Below are positions 42,897 to 57,808 of a DNA stretch of 64,000 nt, piece by piece. The first letter of the stretch is position 1, and each line of letters opens with the position of its first letter. The DNA lies in contig OZ231126.1 of assembly GCA_965153355.1 (NCBI GenBank), positions 30,132,001 through 30,196,000 of the forward strand. The letters are read 5' to 3'. The notes beneath the pieces are model-generated. The model saw nothing but the letters and a program-made list of their open reading frames with translations. It was not told the origin of the DNA and ran no database searches. The stretch is from Flaccisagitta enflata. Taxonomy: Eukaryota. The position numbers were made by a program, and so were the translations under genes.

Positions 42897-43041
42897 TTCT
42901 TTTCTCATATCATTGACATTTTTATCGGTCCATTTGGGAGGAGGGAAGGAAAACGAGAATGAAAAACGCGTCATTTCAGGGTTGAATAGTGACTTAAAAT
43001 CATAAGAGTGGCCGCCATTCACCCACGCACATGCCTCTTAC

Positions 43042-43056
43042 GCACATAAATGTCGC

Positions 43057-43155
<99 letters not shown>

Positions 43156-43175
43156 GGTTGTGGTTGTGGTTGTGG

Positions 43176-43219
<44 letters not shown>

Positions 43220-43312
43220 CTTTTTTCCTTCGGTCATAGGCGTCACCTCTCCATAACTGGTATCAGTGGTATGTTTTACCCTTTCTTTCGTCGAAATGGC
43301 AGCTGATATAGA
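43042..43312 (-). CDS. Candidate upstream exon of the TANC-like gene (SISAAISTKERVKHTTDTSYGEVTPMTEGKK-N(n)-SDIYV)
   Basis: Long minus-strand polypyrimidine tract then TATCAG acceptors (43314-13 or 43304-03), in-frame ATG at 43237, GTAAGA donor at 43041 in phase 1, matching the RING exon acceptor. No homology support. Confidence 0.3.
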
Positions 43313-43799
43313 CTGATACAAAGAAAAAGAACAGACACAAAAATTGTAAAGAAAAAGAAGACTAAAGAGAAGATAAAAAACGAAAAAAAAAAAACAAACA
43401 GAAAAAAAAAAAAAAAAAAAAAAAAAACAAAGAAAAACTGAGAGAGAAAACGGAGAAGAAGAAATAGAGGAAGAGGTAGTGAAAAAAAAGATTAAAAAAG
43501 AGGATGTTGCGGGAAAAGAAAAAGAAAGACAAAAAGAGTGAGAAAAAGAAGACAAAGAAATGAAAGTTGTGAACAAAAAGAGTAAGAAGTAGAAAAAGAA
43601 AAGAAAAAGAAGTGGAAAGATAGGAAAAAAGAAAAAGAAGAAGACGCAGCATAAGTCAGAAAGTCTCTTCTCCTGTTCATATTTCGCGAAAGCTTGAGGA
43701 CCCAAAAGAATGCTGAAGATTCCTTTTTTTGATCTCCGCAACTCCGAAAAGCTTTTGATGATGAAAATGGAAAGATTAACTCTTTCTTGTGTCGTGGAG

Positions 43800-43837
43800 T
43801 TGATGATGACGGCGGTGACGAGGATGTTCAATATGAC

Positions 43838-43872
<35 letters not shown>

Positions 43873-43937
43873 CAGCGACGACAAGGATATTCAATATGGT
43901 GATGATGATGATGACAGACACGACGAGGTTAATGAAT

Positions 43938-43992
<55 letters not shown>

Positions 43993-44160
43993 CGATGAAA
44001 ATGATGTTGATGACTGCTAGCACGCGGATGATGACAGTGACGACGAGTATGTTCAATACGATGATGATGATGATGACAGCGATGATGAGGATGTTCAATA
44101 TATGATGATGATGATGATGATGGTGGTGACAGCTAGGACAAAGATGATGATTATGAATCA

Positions 44161-44251
<91 letters not shown>

Positions 44252-44286
44252 GTGACAGCTAGGACAAAGATGATGATTATGAATCA

Positions 44287-44343
<57 letters not shown>

Positions 44344-44400
44344 AATGGTAATGATGACAGCTAGGACGAGGATGACGAGGATGATGATGATTTTGATGGA
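43800..44400. repeat. (GAT)n array with higher-order interruptions
   Basis: Direct reading. Confidence 0.9.
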
Positions 44401-45119
44401 CTAGAGAGCTAGAGACTTTATCTAAGGTAAATAAGTTATCAGTTACATAGAAAGAAGTAGATTAGAGAGTAAAGATAGCAGAGGTGGAAGAAGGAAACAA
44501 GATGAAGAAGAAAACGAAAAAGAAAAAGAAAAATAAGAGGAAAAAGAAAAGGAAAAGAGGAAGAAATTGAATTTGGAAAAGAAAAAGAAGAAAAAGAGGA
44601 AGAAGAAGAAAAGGGAGTAGAGGGAGAGCAGGAAGAAGGAGGTGAAGGAAAAAACAAGAGGAGGAAAGAGATGAGTTTCTGAATGAGTTGTCTGACAAGA
44701 TGCAGTTTGTTTTTGAGAGCTCAACTCGTAAGACTAATGAACACAGACACTGCTTTAGAAACTAGAGATTAAAAAGATTCAGTCATTATTGAGATATGTC
44801 AGATTGTGATGGGAATGAAAATCTATTCCCACCGCCAGAAGTGGAGAAGGAAAAAAAAAATCAAGGAATATGGAGAAGATAATAAGGAAGGAGAAACCCA
44901 CTCACTTTGTCATTCACTCAATCACTTGTTCATGACTTACATGCTCACTGAAACAGGACCAGGAATAAGAATTTTGTCGGGTATTGTCATTAGAGTATTG
45001 CGCTTGGGACAGCGAATGTGGTTAGATAACGGTGGTGTCTGAATATTACTAGTTATCAAATCGTTATCGATAAGTCAAATTGTAACCGGCTTAGCTTTCA
45101 TTGCATTATTTTCGGTTTA

Positions 45120-45550
45120 CACTTTTTTTTTTATAAGAGACCAGTTTATAAGAGACATGAGCCTGAGATTTGTCAAAATTTTAAGAACAAAATAAGAGAA
45201 TGCCCAGGCTGAGATTCAGCTTCGGCCATTTTCGAAAACAATTTTATGCAAGTTTCTTATCTAAAAAATGAATTTAATTCCAATTTATCAGAAATATAGG
45301 TTGTTTAACTTTAAAAAATAACTTCTTTTCTTAGTTTGCCTATGAAATCAGGCATTATATTAATGAAATTATTACAATTATCAAGTTTAAGATACAACTG
45401 CTCTGAATAAGGTATTTTTATACAATTTACACATTTATGAACATTGAACAAATCAAGAACACTTTAAGAGAATTTCAGGCTGAAAACAGACAAAAATTTA
45501 AGAACACCCAGGCTGAGTTCAAGGCTGTCTTTTATATATTAAAAAAAGTG
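45120..45550. mobile_element. TAAGAAC-type MITE, third copy
   Basis: ta|CACTTTTTTT...AAAAAAAGTG|ta with TAAGA(G)AC repeats. Confidence 0.78.
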
Positions 45551-46062
45551 TACTCTTAATTGGGGGGGGTTAAAGCGAGGATTTGGGAATTGGACCATTG
45601 TTTAAGTAACATGACCACATGAAAATCATAACCGCTTACGCAACAACTTTTAAAATGACATATTATGTTTTAGTGTGTGTGTGTGTGCGTGTGTGTGTGT
45701 GTGTTTCACTCACTGAGAACCCTTATTTTCACCAAATATGACGTGTGATGCTCGTTAGAATTTACGATCAGTCTGATGATTAAGTGGCAGATTCGATTAG
45801 AGGACGGTATGAGAGAGAGAAAGGAGCAGAGAATGGAAGAAAAAGAAGAAGTTGGAGAGGAGAAAGAAGAAAAAGAACAAGGCCGGATACATGGCCATCA
45901 GTTGCGGACGGGTGGGCAGGGGCGGAGATGCGCGTTTTACCACTTTTCGACTCGATCATCACGGACGGACGGACGGATGGACGGACGGACGGATAAAGCC
46001 TCTTATAGAGTTGCGTGTCCGCAACTAAAAAGAAGAAGAAGAAGAAGAAGAAGAAGAAGAAC

Positions 46063-46093
<31 letters not shown>

Positions 46094-46159
46094 AGAAGAA
46101 AAATAAAGATAAAAAGAAAAAGAAAACGAATAAGGAGAATATGAAGATAGGAAGAAAAG

Positions 46160-46244
<85 letters not shown>

Positions 46245-47065
46245 TCTCTCTCAGTGCGCTATGAAGATGAGATGAAGGATTTTCACTCTTGCTGAACCAC
46301 ATAAATCACTTGACATGAAAGAGTCGAGTCCAGGCTTAAGTTGACAGATTTTGCGTCTCGGCTTCTCGTTGACAGATTCTCACTTCCACGTTTTCTCGCC
46401 TCTTTTAGACGGGACTCTAACCAAGCAGGGAAATTAAATGGTTAATGAAATGAAAGGTGAATGTCCGGTTATTGTCTGGACTGCGGATGTCAAACGATAG
46501 AGCTGGGCAGATTAACCACTCCATTCAAATGCTGACTCTCCTTTCTCGCATCTTCTAAAGCATCAAACAATCATTCTGGAACTTTTTCTAACCATGCCGT
46601 TTTTTCCCCAATCGGTTTTAATGTCTTTTTTGTCTTTAAACTCTTTTGTTGGGTTATATGCTTCTTTGCGATCCATCTAGCTTGATAATTGACATCAATT
46701 GTGCTCGCGTAGACTAGAAACCTTTGGAAATACACACATCATTTTATCCCATAATGCCAATACATGTAATCCAAAAACGCAGTTGAAAGTGAACGAATGC
46801 AGTTTCAATTGCAGTATTCATTCAACAGCAATGAGAGATTATGAATGTAGAGCTGCAGTGGGGAGTGCGGGCCTGGCAGAAGGAGAATTCTGGTGGCATG
46901 GTGGTAGTGGTGGCGGCTCGGTTCTAGCAACGACGACGACGTTCTAAAACGTAAATTAGCCAATGAAAAGAGAAATGACACGCGTTAATTCACGCTCATG
47001 CAGTTCTGATCACGACCGAAAGCATTGAAAAGACAACGGGCAGCGACAACGATCCGAACAAAGAA

Positions 47066-47317
47066 GATGGACAGTGAAATGGACAGGGAAAATGGACAGA
47101 GAAAATGGACAGAGAAAATGGACAAAAAATGGGCGGAGAAAATGCAGAAAGAAAGTGGACGGAGAAAATGGATAGAGAAAATGGGCAGAAAAAATGGACA
47201 TAGAAAATAGACATAGAAAATGTACAGAAAAAATGGACAGAGAAAATGGACAGAGAAATTGACAGAGAAAATGGGCGAAGAAAATGGACAGAGAAAATAG
47301 ACAGAGAAAATGGACAG
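47066..47317. repeat. 13-bp minisatellite (AAAATGGACAGAG)n
   Basis: Direct reading. Confidence 0.9.
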
Positions 47318-47373
47318 CGACTTCTACGGACAGGAAATAATGAACGCGGATGTACACGCGCGGACAACTGATC

Positions 47374-48200
47374 GGGAAAAAAGTCGAAGTCAGTCTTCGA
47401 CTTTTTGACATATTCGAGAGAAACAGGGTTTTCATTTTCTTATTAGGAAGTTGGGAATCTCCTAGGGGCGATTGAGGCCTCCAATGAAATTGATAGGGTA
47501 AGTAAATTTGATAATTCTCTTTCATTTGGCGCCAAGCAGAATGCTCTACAACAAATACTTTTGGCGCTATGATTTTTTAAAGATTTATTTACGAAAAATT
47601 CGAATGGAATTTTTTTTCATTTTTTACAATTTTGTGTTTGATCAATAAAGGAGTGTATTTATGTTTACTTGAGCATGCAAATTCAAGGAAATATATGTAT
47701 GAGCACAGCTGCTTATCTGTGAGGGTATCTTTGAGCATTTCAGCTCATTTAGCTCATTTAGCTCAGTCTGTTCTTTCTGATTTCTAATATGATAACTGAA
47801 TAAATATTTTCAAACTTGTTTAACTTTAAGCAAGCAAATAAAAAAATATGTCAGTGAGCAGAGCTGCTCATCTATGAGGGCGTTTTCAAGTATTCTAGCT
47901 CATTTAGCTCATTTAGCTTGCGCTTTTTCTCTGATTTTAAACAGGATATGTAAATCAATATTTTGACTTTAGCATGCAAATACAAGAAAGCATGTCAGTG
48001 AGCAAAGCTGGTTGTCTGGTTGAATCATTTTGATTATTTTAGCTCATCTAGCTCATTTGGCTCAGTCCTATTTTTCAGTGCAGTCAATACATATAATTGC
48101 TTTTGATTTGATCTAACAAAATTTCAGTGATTGAAGATGGTGAAAAGTGACCAATGCTTACGACTTTTTTCCTCACGGCGACAGCCGCCATTACTGGTAC
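47374..48200 (+). mobile_element. HINE-like family D copy with three ~150-bp internal repeats
   Basis: Same ends as 24502; internal units at ~47700, 47855, 48000 (gagca.agctg...tagctcatttagctc). Confidence 0.65.
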
Positions 48201-48454
48201 AGACAACGGACATGGACAACTGACGCGGACCAAGACGCGGAAATGAAACAACGGACGCAGACACGCGGACACACTTTACAAGGTGACAGTTTTAAAGTCG
48301 TTCGTTCGTTCGTTCGTCCGTTCGTCTGACAAACACGGCCGATTGTTAACGTTGGTCAACGACCGCAGAAGCCGCAGATGACAGACTCAAGTTAAACCAC
48401 CGCCAACATAAATCAGCGTCGAGATACCAGCGTGAAGTGTGTGTGTGTGTGTGT

Positions 48455-48564
<110 letters not shown>

Positions 48565-48635
48565 AAACGGAGAAAGATAGTGAAAGGAGATGAATAATGA
48601 TAGACAGATAGACGAAAAACTGAAAAAAAAAAGAA

Positions 48636-48674
<39 letters not shown>

Positions 48675-50766
48675 GCAAATTGTGAGACAAATTGATGAAC
48701 AAATCAAGAGACAAAGACAACAGACTAACAGTAATGGAATACAAGACAGAACACCAAAAGAGACAGACAAAGACATGGACCAAAAATCCGACGAACACAC
48801 AGAGAGAGACAAAGACAGACACAGACACAGATAATGAGATAAACTTTGAAAAAGTCATGGACGAAGTCACTGACTTTAACTCAGATAATGACATACACGA
48901 GGACATAGATGAAAATCCAGATGAAGACAAAGAAACATTCACCGACGGAGACATAAGGGAAGAAAAAGACAAAGAAATAGAATACTTAAGATACACACGA
49001 AGATAGACACAGACGAAAAGACTGGTGAAGATCCAGGGAAGACACAAATGAAGACACAGACGAAGACACAGACCAAGACACAGACCAAGACACAGACGAC
49101 GACACAGATGAGGACGCAGACACAAGTTGAGCCGAGAAAACATAAGCAAAGACCAAATAACGGAACAAAGACAGAATTTCCAGCGCAAATAAAGGAACCA
49201 AAGGAGAAAAGCAAATTGAGTTTCGATGTTGTTGGCTGTTGAGCGCAAATAAGTCTTCCGCTTTCCGCTTTCGCTTTCATCCCAATCTCATTTGCATGCG
49301 CGTGACCAATGCATTGTCCATCGAATTTGCGCGTCCATTTGCACGTTGTCATTTTGAGCGTCTATATGTGCGCGTGCGTGTCCGTGCCCCGCGGTCCGTG
49401 TGCGCGTGCATTTATTTGAGTACATATCTGTATATATGAAAGTTGGACAACATTACTACTCAACCCCACTTTACTTTACATGTTGTATATGTATACATGT
49501 ATATATGTATACATGTGTATATGTTAGTATAAATGTGATTGTGCAAGGTTTATAACGTACCTCAGTAGCTTATGTTTAGGCAAGAGAAATACGGAAGCGC
49601 GAATCGTATAGAGAAAGATCTGATCTGATGCGTATCTTTAATTAAAATCGATAAAAATGTACCTTGAAAGAAAAAAAAACTACTAAGATTAATGATTGGG
49701 TTGATTTTTTGATCATGGATGATCGAAGCCGAAATTCGATTCAAAAGCAAACATTTTCTTTATGCAGATCACCGCCAATTCTAAACCAAATTCATCTTTA
49801 AATTCCTTTTCATTCAAACTTTTTGAAGGAGAAAAAGAAGAAGAAGAAGAGAAAAAGATTGAAAATGAGATTCATAAAAAACTTTCAACCTTCCAGGCAA
49901 AAAGCCCGCGTTGCCGCCTCACAGTCTACCAGATATCACCACCACAAAAGTATTCATCACCCCCCAAAAAAACTGCACAAAGGAATGTATGGGAACTCTA
50001 TAATTTGCCAAGTCCATCTTCCATTTCACGACCGACTGAAGTTTGAGACCAATTCAAATTTTCATGGATTGGAATCATTCATAAATAAAGATCATTCATT
50101 TTAAGTTTTTTTGGTCATTTTTCTAACAAAGCGAAATGATTTTTTGTTCCAGGTAACCTTGTAATGTACGTCCTCACACATCTATCAGAGGAGGTGATTG
50201 TCTGTTGGTCAGTTGGTTGGTTGGTCTGTCTGTCCCACAAACTTCAAAACTCGGCAAAACGGATAATTTTGATATTTTTCTTCATCCGAGTTACCTCTAA
50301 TACCTTCTCACTGTTATTTTCGTTCAGTCCTACATTCATCCATTCGTTCATTCATTCATTCATTCATTCATTCATTCATTCATTCATTCATTCAAACGTT
50401 CATTAATTAAAAAGTTCATTCATTCATTCCTAATCAGCGAGTTGCACATATTGGCCATAACATGGCTTCGTTTCAAAGTTTATAGTCAATCGCTCATGAT
50501 TCGAAACAAACCGAATTTCAAGACCGAATTTTACACATCCATGTATGTGGTATACTCGGCGTTCCATACTTCCACGCCACTACCACGAAAAATAAGTACC
50601 TATCATCCCCAAATGACCTATACATCACCAACAATTCACATATACAATGCACCAGATCTAACCACCACGAAAATAACACCCCAGGATCACCTACAAACTG
50701 TACCAGATGCCACCATCACGAGATTGACGTACAGTATGCTCCCTAATCAACTCTTCATCAACAGTA

Positions 50767-50972
50767 TTCGCTTGCATTCACCTGCATTCGCCTGCATTAG
50801 CCTGCATCCGCCTACATTCGCCTGCATTTGCCTACATTTGCCTGCATTCGCCTGCATTCGCCTGCATTCGCCTACATTCGCCTGCATTTGCCTATATTTG
50901 CCTGCATTTGCCTGCATTCGCCTGCATTCGCCTATATTCGCCTGCATTCGCCTGCATTTGCCTGCATTCGCC
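50767..50972. repeat. 10-bp minisatellite (CGCCTGCATT)n
   Basis: About 20 copies. Confidence 0.92.
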
Positions 50973-51459
50973 TTCAGTCACTCCAATAACTTAATTCTTT
51001 GGAATATAGTGGCTCATGTTAGTTTTGTTGTTGCTCAGGTCACTTTTGATGTTAATGCAACTGTTTGACGTTGGTTTTGTAGTTTTCTGATGTTATTTGC
51101 GTAACTTTTAAATGTTACCCACGTGGTTTTTGGATGTTGTTCATGTGACTTATTGATATATTTTCTATTGACCATATGATGATGTCATTGATGCGTAAAG
51201 AAATCAAAATGTTAGTCTTTTTTTGCTGATAACTTTGTTGCAAAATAAAAATGTTATTGATATGGCAACAGTTGTGGGATTTCTTTTGAGATAAAATGTG
51301 ATAGTCCTTTTTTTATGTCAACTTGGATTAAGATTTTAAAACAATAATGTGTGATGAATTGTGATTTAGTCTCGTGATTAAACTTTGTGGATGACGCCAT
51401 CGATTTTTCAAATTCTGCTCGGGCCAATGTACACTCGTTTATCACATTACCCTCATTTG

Positions 51460-52003
<544 letters not shown>

Positions 52004-52219
52004 TGTCAGTGAATACCATCGTCGCGGTAATCGTGAATTCATTTGAAGACTTCTCGGCCCTTTGGCTCTCGCTTGATGATACCCTTGCGGGGCGTGGGGG
52101 GGGGGGGGAAATATGAGGGGGGGCGGGGTCATGAGCTTGATGATGCCCCACGAGCATGAACCCCCAAATTCAATTCGATTCAACTTCGATCATCGGTCAT
52201 TCCGCCAATTCTAGCTTAC

Positions 52220-52802
<583 letters not shown>

Positions 52803-53049
52803 AAGGCCCGCCCAAACAAAAAACTGTCCCAGTTACAAGTGATTTGTCGTTGATCGTTTTAATTCTCTTTTTTTTTCTCTCAATGGCCTCCATCGTAGGC
52901 ATTAGGAATTTGGGCAAGTCTCAACACGCCACCAACAATGATGGTAATTGGTGAGTTTTTAGGTGCGACAAAGCACCTCTATAACTGGCCGTGTCCGTTG
53001 GTCCTGCGGTCGGTTGGTCATTGGTCTGTCTGCTGGCAATCATCCAAGG

Positions 53050-53164
53050 TTGCTATTGTTGTTGCTGCTGCTGCTGCTGTTGCTGTCGCCGTTGTTGCTG
53101 TTGCTGTTAAGCTGTTGCTGCTGCTGCTGTTGCTATCGTTGTCGTTGTCGTTGTCGTCGTCGTC

Positions 53165-53208
<44 letters not shown>

Positions 53209-53213
53209 CGTCG

Positions 53214-53283
<70 letters not shown>

Positions 53284-53392
53284 CGTCGTTGTCGTTGTCG
53301 TTGTCGTCGTCGTTGTTGTTGTTGTTGTTGTTTTTGTCGTTGTCGTTGTCGTTGTTGTTGTCGTCGTCGTCGTCGTCATGTTGTTGTTGTCG

Positions 53393-53485
<93 letters not shown>

Positions 53486-53495
53486 CGTCGTTGTT
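53050..53495. repeat. (GTT/GTC/GCT)n compound microsatellite
   Basis: Direct reading. Confidence 0.95.
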
Positions 53496-53770
53496 CCAAC
53501 ATAGAGTCAGTGAATCCTAATCTGGATCATCACTTGAATAAACGGCAAGAAAGTTTGCGTCCATAATCTAATCATTCTATTAATCTTTTCTATAACCCCC
53601 GTACAAAAAGAAATTGAGAAAAGCAATTTCGTAAAGAATGATGGTTTAATTGTTTCTTGATTAATGTTTAACTTAAGTTTACTTAGCTTTCTAGTAAATA
53701 TAAGACCAATGATTCGAATGGGGGTATTCGAATGTGCATTCTTTAAGTCCCTTGGTTGCATTCGAACCTA

Positions 53771-54289
53771 GCACAAGTACTCAGATTCTTTGTTAACGTG
53801 TATGACCCTCACAACAATTGCAATGGGTTGGGGCTCCACTCTCGAGCAAGTCGACCTTGCTCTCTCTTTGTAATCAATTGCATTTGAATCTGCATAAGTA
53901 CTCAGATTCTTTGTTAACGTGTATGACCCCCACAACAATTTCAAGGGGTTGGTGCTCCACTCTTGAGCAAGTCGACCTTGCTCTCTCTTTGTAATCGATT
54001 GGATTGGAATTTGCACAAGTACTCAGATTCTTTGTTAACATGTATGACCCCCACAACAATTGCAATGGGTTGGGGCTCCACTCTTGAGCAAGTCGACCTT
54101 GCTCTCTCTTTGTAATCAATTGGATTGAAATTTGCACAAGTACTCAGATTCTTTGTTAACGTGTATGACCCCCACAACAATTGCAATGGGTTGGGGCTCC
54201 ACTCTCGAGCAAGTCAACCTTGCTCTCTCTTTGTAATCGATTGGATTGGAATTTGCACAAGTACTCAGATTCTTTGTTAATATGTATGA
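53771..54289. repeat. 121-bp tandem repeat, ~4.3 copies
   Basis: Units start at 53771, 53892, 54013, 54134, 54255 (gcacaagtactcagattctttgttaac...), few mismatches. Confidence 0.95.
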
Positions 54290-54653
54290 CACACATCTCT
54301 GGATACCCCCCCAAAGAGAATCGAAAATACCATTTTTTCTGACTGTGCTATTTGTCTTCAGGAACATGTGGGCTACTAAAAAAAACAAAAAACAAAAAAA
54401 TTCTTCTGAAATTTTTTCATTTATTTCACTTTTTAGGTAAAAAAGGGCATTTTTAGCACTTTTTAAGCATAAAATTGTTCATGCAGCTTAGAAAATCCAA
54501 AAAATACTGAAAATGTATGGCTATAGACAGGGTGGCAGAAATAGGGGAACGCCGGGAACGTCGTTCCTAGGATCTATAGATCAAGAGTCGGACTTATAGA
54601 TTTGAGGAAGAAAAAATTGAGGAAAAAAGGGGGCGGGGGAAAGAAGGAAAAAG

Positions 54654-54744
<91 letters not shown>

Positions 54745-54944
54745 AAAAAAGAAAGAAAGGGAAAGAAAGGATAGAAATAGAAAATGAAAGGACTCAAGGG
54801 TGAAAGTGACTTCTGTCTTTTACCATGCCAGAACGGCGTAAAAGAGTGTTGAATGAAATGTGGCCCATGGGATGGCATTTTTTGAGTGCAGATCAAGTTG
54901 GTAAATTACAGTCAACCGTTGTTTCGTCTCTTGTTTCTGAGGAA

Positions 54945-55605
54945 GAGGGTACATCTGAGAGCAATCCAAAACTAAGGAAAAAATCTTGGGGTACATTTCA
55001 AATGTAAGGGGTACATTTGGGATCTAAACCCACTGATATTGAAGGGGGTACATCTCAAATATCAGGGGTACATTTGAGATCGAAACCCACTTATAGTGAA
55101 GAGGGTACATCTGAGAGCAATCCAAAACTAAGGAAAAAATCTGGGGGTACATTTCAAATGTAAGGGGTACATTTGGGATCTAAACCCACTCATATTGAAG
55201 TTAAGGCATGATTCACCATTGAAAGATTGAGATTCTGAACCCACCTATAATGAAGAGGCGCATCTGGAGAGCAATCCAAACTAAGAAAAAATTCAAAAGT
55301 ATTTGAAATGTAAGGGTAATATTTGGATGTATCTAAACTCACTGATATTGAAGGGGGTACATCTCAATTATCAGGGGTACATTTGAGATCAAAACCCACT
55401 TTAAAAGTAAGGGGGTACATCTAGGCAAAGGAGGGTACATTTCAAATCAATCCCCACTTATAATGAGGGTACATCTCGGCAAAGGGGGGTACATTGCAAA
55501 CAATCCCCAGTACATTGTAATGGGGTACATCTAGGGTACATTGCAGAAAATCCCCGGTTTTAGGGCCAGAATCTCATTTTGGGGTACATTTGGGAGGGGG
55601 TACAT
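54945..55605. repeat. ~156-bp higher-order repeat built from GGGGTACAT subunits
   Basis: Units at ~54945, 55101, 55255, decaying to loose GGGTACAT motifs. Confidence 0.85.
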
Positions 55606-55977
55606 GAGGATCCCCTCTTCCGAAATATTGACTTAAATACAAATAACGAGCAAGAGTGAAGAGAGAAGGCACTTCAACCTCGACGTGGAAGATTAAGGTC
55701 AAAAAGTTGGGGAAATGACATGATTTGAGAAGGGAAGGAGGAGAGGAGGGGAGGAAGAAAAGAAGTAAGGAATAAATTCAGAAAGAACGAATGAGCGGAA
55801 GAAGGATAGACAGTGAGAAGGAAATGAAGCAGGGAGGATGGAATAGGGGAGAGAAGGGGAGAATGGAAGGGAGGATCGAAGGAAGGAAGGAAGGAAGGAA
55901 GGAAGGAAGGAAGGAAGGAAGAAGGAAGGAAGGAAGGAAGGAAGGAAGGAAGGAAGGAAGGAAGGAAGGAAGGAAGG

Positions 55978-56557
55978 AACAGGTCGCCCAAGGGCAATAT
56001 GTAATCAGCGATACCCGTTGCCCTGCTTTGCATGATTGTGAATTTGTGTGAGGGGAAGTCCTGTAGAACACAGGGGGACTTTCGTTCGTCCTGTCTGACA
56101 ACATTGATGAGATGCTATAGTGCACTCATTGAAGGCCTTCCCAAGGCTTAAATGGCCATCAGGTCTGATTTGAAGCCTGTGAGCCTTAATTTGAGGCCTG
56201 AGAGGGCTAATTTGTGGCCTGAGAGGGCTAGTTGGAGGCCTGAGAGGGCTAATTTGAGGCCTGAGAGGCCTGGCTTAAGGCCTGGCAGGCTGGATTTGAG
56301 ACCGAGGAGAGCCATATTTGAGGCCTGAGGGGCCGGGATTTGAGGCCCGAGGGGCCAGATTTGAAGCCCGAGAGGTCGGATTTGAGGCCCTGAGAGGTCG
56401 GGATTTGAGGCCCGAGAGCTGGATTTGAGCCCTGAGGCTGTGGGATTTGAGACCTGAGAGGAATGATGGGGACAAACGGACGAACGGACGAACGAACAAA
56501 CGGACGAACGAAAGTGTTCTACAGGACTTTGTCCCCTTTGGGGCCGCTGCCCAAAAA
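55978..56557 (-). mobile_element. Family C copy with TTTGAGGCCTGAGAGGGCTAA 21-mer array
   Basis: agtcctgtagaacac / gtgttctacaggact IR, ggggccgctgcccaaaaa end. Confidence 0.72.
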
Positions 56558-57420
56558 GGAATGCAGGAAGGAAGGAAAGAAGGAAGGAGGGAGAGAATGG
56601 GGGAATGGAAGGAAGGAGGAAAAGAAGGAGGGAAAGCAGGAGCGAAGGAAGGAAGGAAGGAAGGAAGGAAGGAAGGAAGGAAGGAAGGAAGGAAGGAAGG
56701 AAGGAAGGAGGGAAGGAAGATGAAGGGAGGAAGGCGGACGGAAGGAAGGAAGGAGGAAAGGCCTTTGTATTCGATAAATCAAGTTTTCTCTAAGGCGCTG
56801 CGCCAAGAATCCCACCTGCATCGGATAAGAAAGGAATTTCGCTTTGCATTTGTTCTTTGCATTTGCATTCTCTGCGAAACTCGATATCACTCGTCGACTT
56901 CGTGGTTCCTTGAATTCAAAATCCCCAGAGATGCAAAAAGAGGAAAAACTAATGAAAAATCGATTAAGCTTCAGTTGCGGTTTTTAGTCGCGTGAAAGCG
57001 ACTTCAAAACCCGCTACGTCGCGTCGGTCCGACATTTGCATCGAATTCACAGACGCGTAAATATTTGCGTGTTCCATTCGGGTGTGTCAATATGCAAAAC
57101 ATTAATCCATGAGAATATAACGCTAGGACATCATGGGGTTATTCATTTTAATGCCTTCACTGTTTTTCTTTTTTCAAATATCTGTCATCTTCCGTTTTTT
57201 TCAAAATCGCGGTTTTGCCCCTAATTTGCATAGTGTTGTAATCATGTTAACGACTTTTTATCCTTCGTCTTGTCACAGTGGGCTTTCCAATTACTTTCAA
57301 ATGCTGTGATCCTCTTTAAAGCTTCACCGAAAAGTGTCTGGGTCAATCATATCAAATTTGATTAAACAGTAAGACGGTATTTTTTAGTTAATCAATTTGT
57401 TTCTTGGCAAATGAGAGTGC

Positions 57421-57808
57421 CACTACTGACAACCAATCCAGGTTGAGAATGACATTACAGTGGTTTTTTTTGCAGTTTTGCCAAGCTCATATGTGTACAA
57501 TATAAGAACCATCGAGAGGGAAATCTTTCCTGGAGCGCTTTTTGAAAAAATCGATTTTTCACCTACAGGAAAGGTGGTGGTAATACTAATAAAGGTTCTT
57601 GTGAGTTGTATTGACTCAATTTTAGATTCCATATTGTTAATCTATGCAAAATTCCCTTTCATTTGATAGGTCGCACTCTACACTTTTGCAAAGAATTTAA
57701 ATTTTCATTTTTTGCGTCACTGTTACAAAAAATATCGGTGGCTCAAATTATGAAAACTTTATGTCTGTATAAAACCATATTGTGTGGATTGGTCGTCAGA
57801 CAGTAGTG
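57421..57808. mobile_element. MITE with CACTACTG ends, 4-bp TSD GTGC
   Basis: gtgc|CACTACTGACAACCAATCCA...TGGATTGGTCGTCAGACAGTAGTG|gtgc; 57530-57770 is clearly similar to the interior of the 30477 element. Confidence 0.8.

Noticed and set aside
43019..44287. 422-aa ORF
   Set aside because: Mostly translation of (CAT)n and pyrimidine tracts; only the last ~90 codons have exon-like signals.
48162..48272. Possible first exon MAAVAVRKKV with GTAAGC donor, in phase with the 43312 acceptor
   Set aside because: ATG and donor lie in the end of repeat family D (also at ~24855-24899), so the fit is likely coincidental.
48692..49242. Acidic/Thr-rich ORFs
   Set aside because: Degenerate GACACA/GACAAA simple repeat; no splice or domain evidence.
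53771..54289. CRISPR-like array
   Set aside because: Whole 121-bp units repeat with no unique spacers; eukaryotic context, no cas genes.
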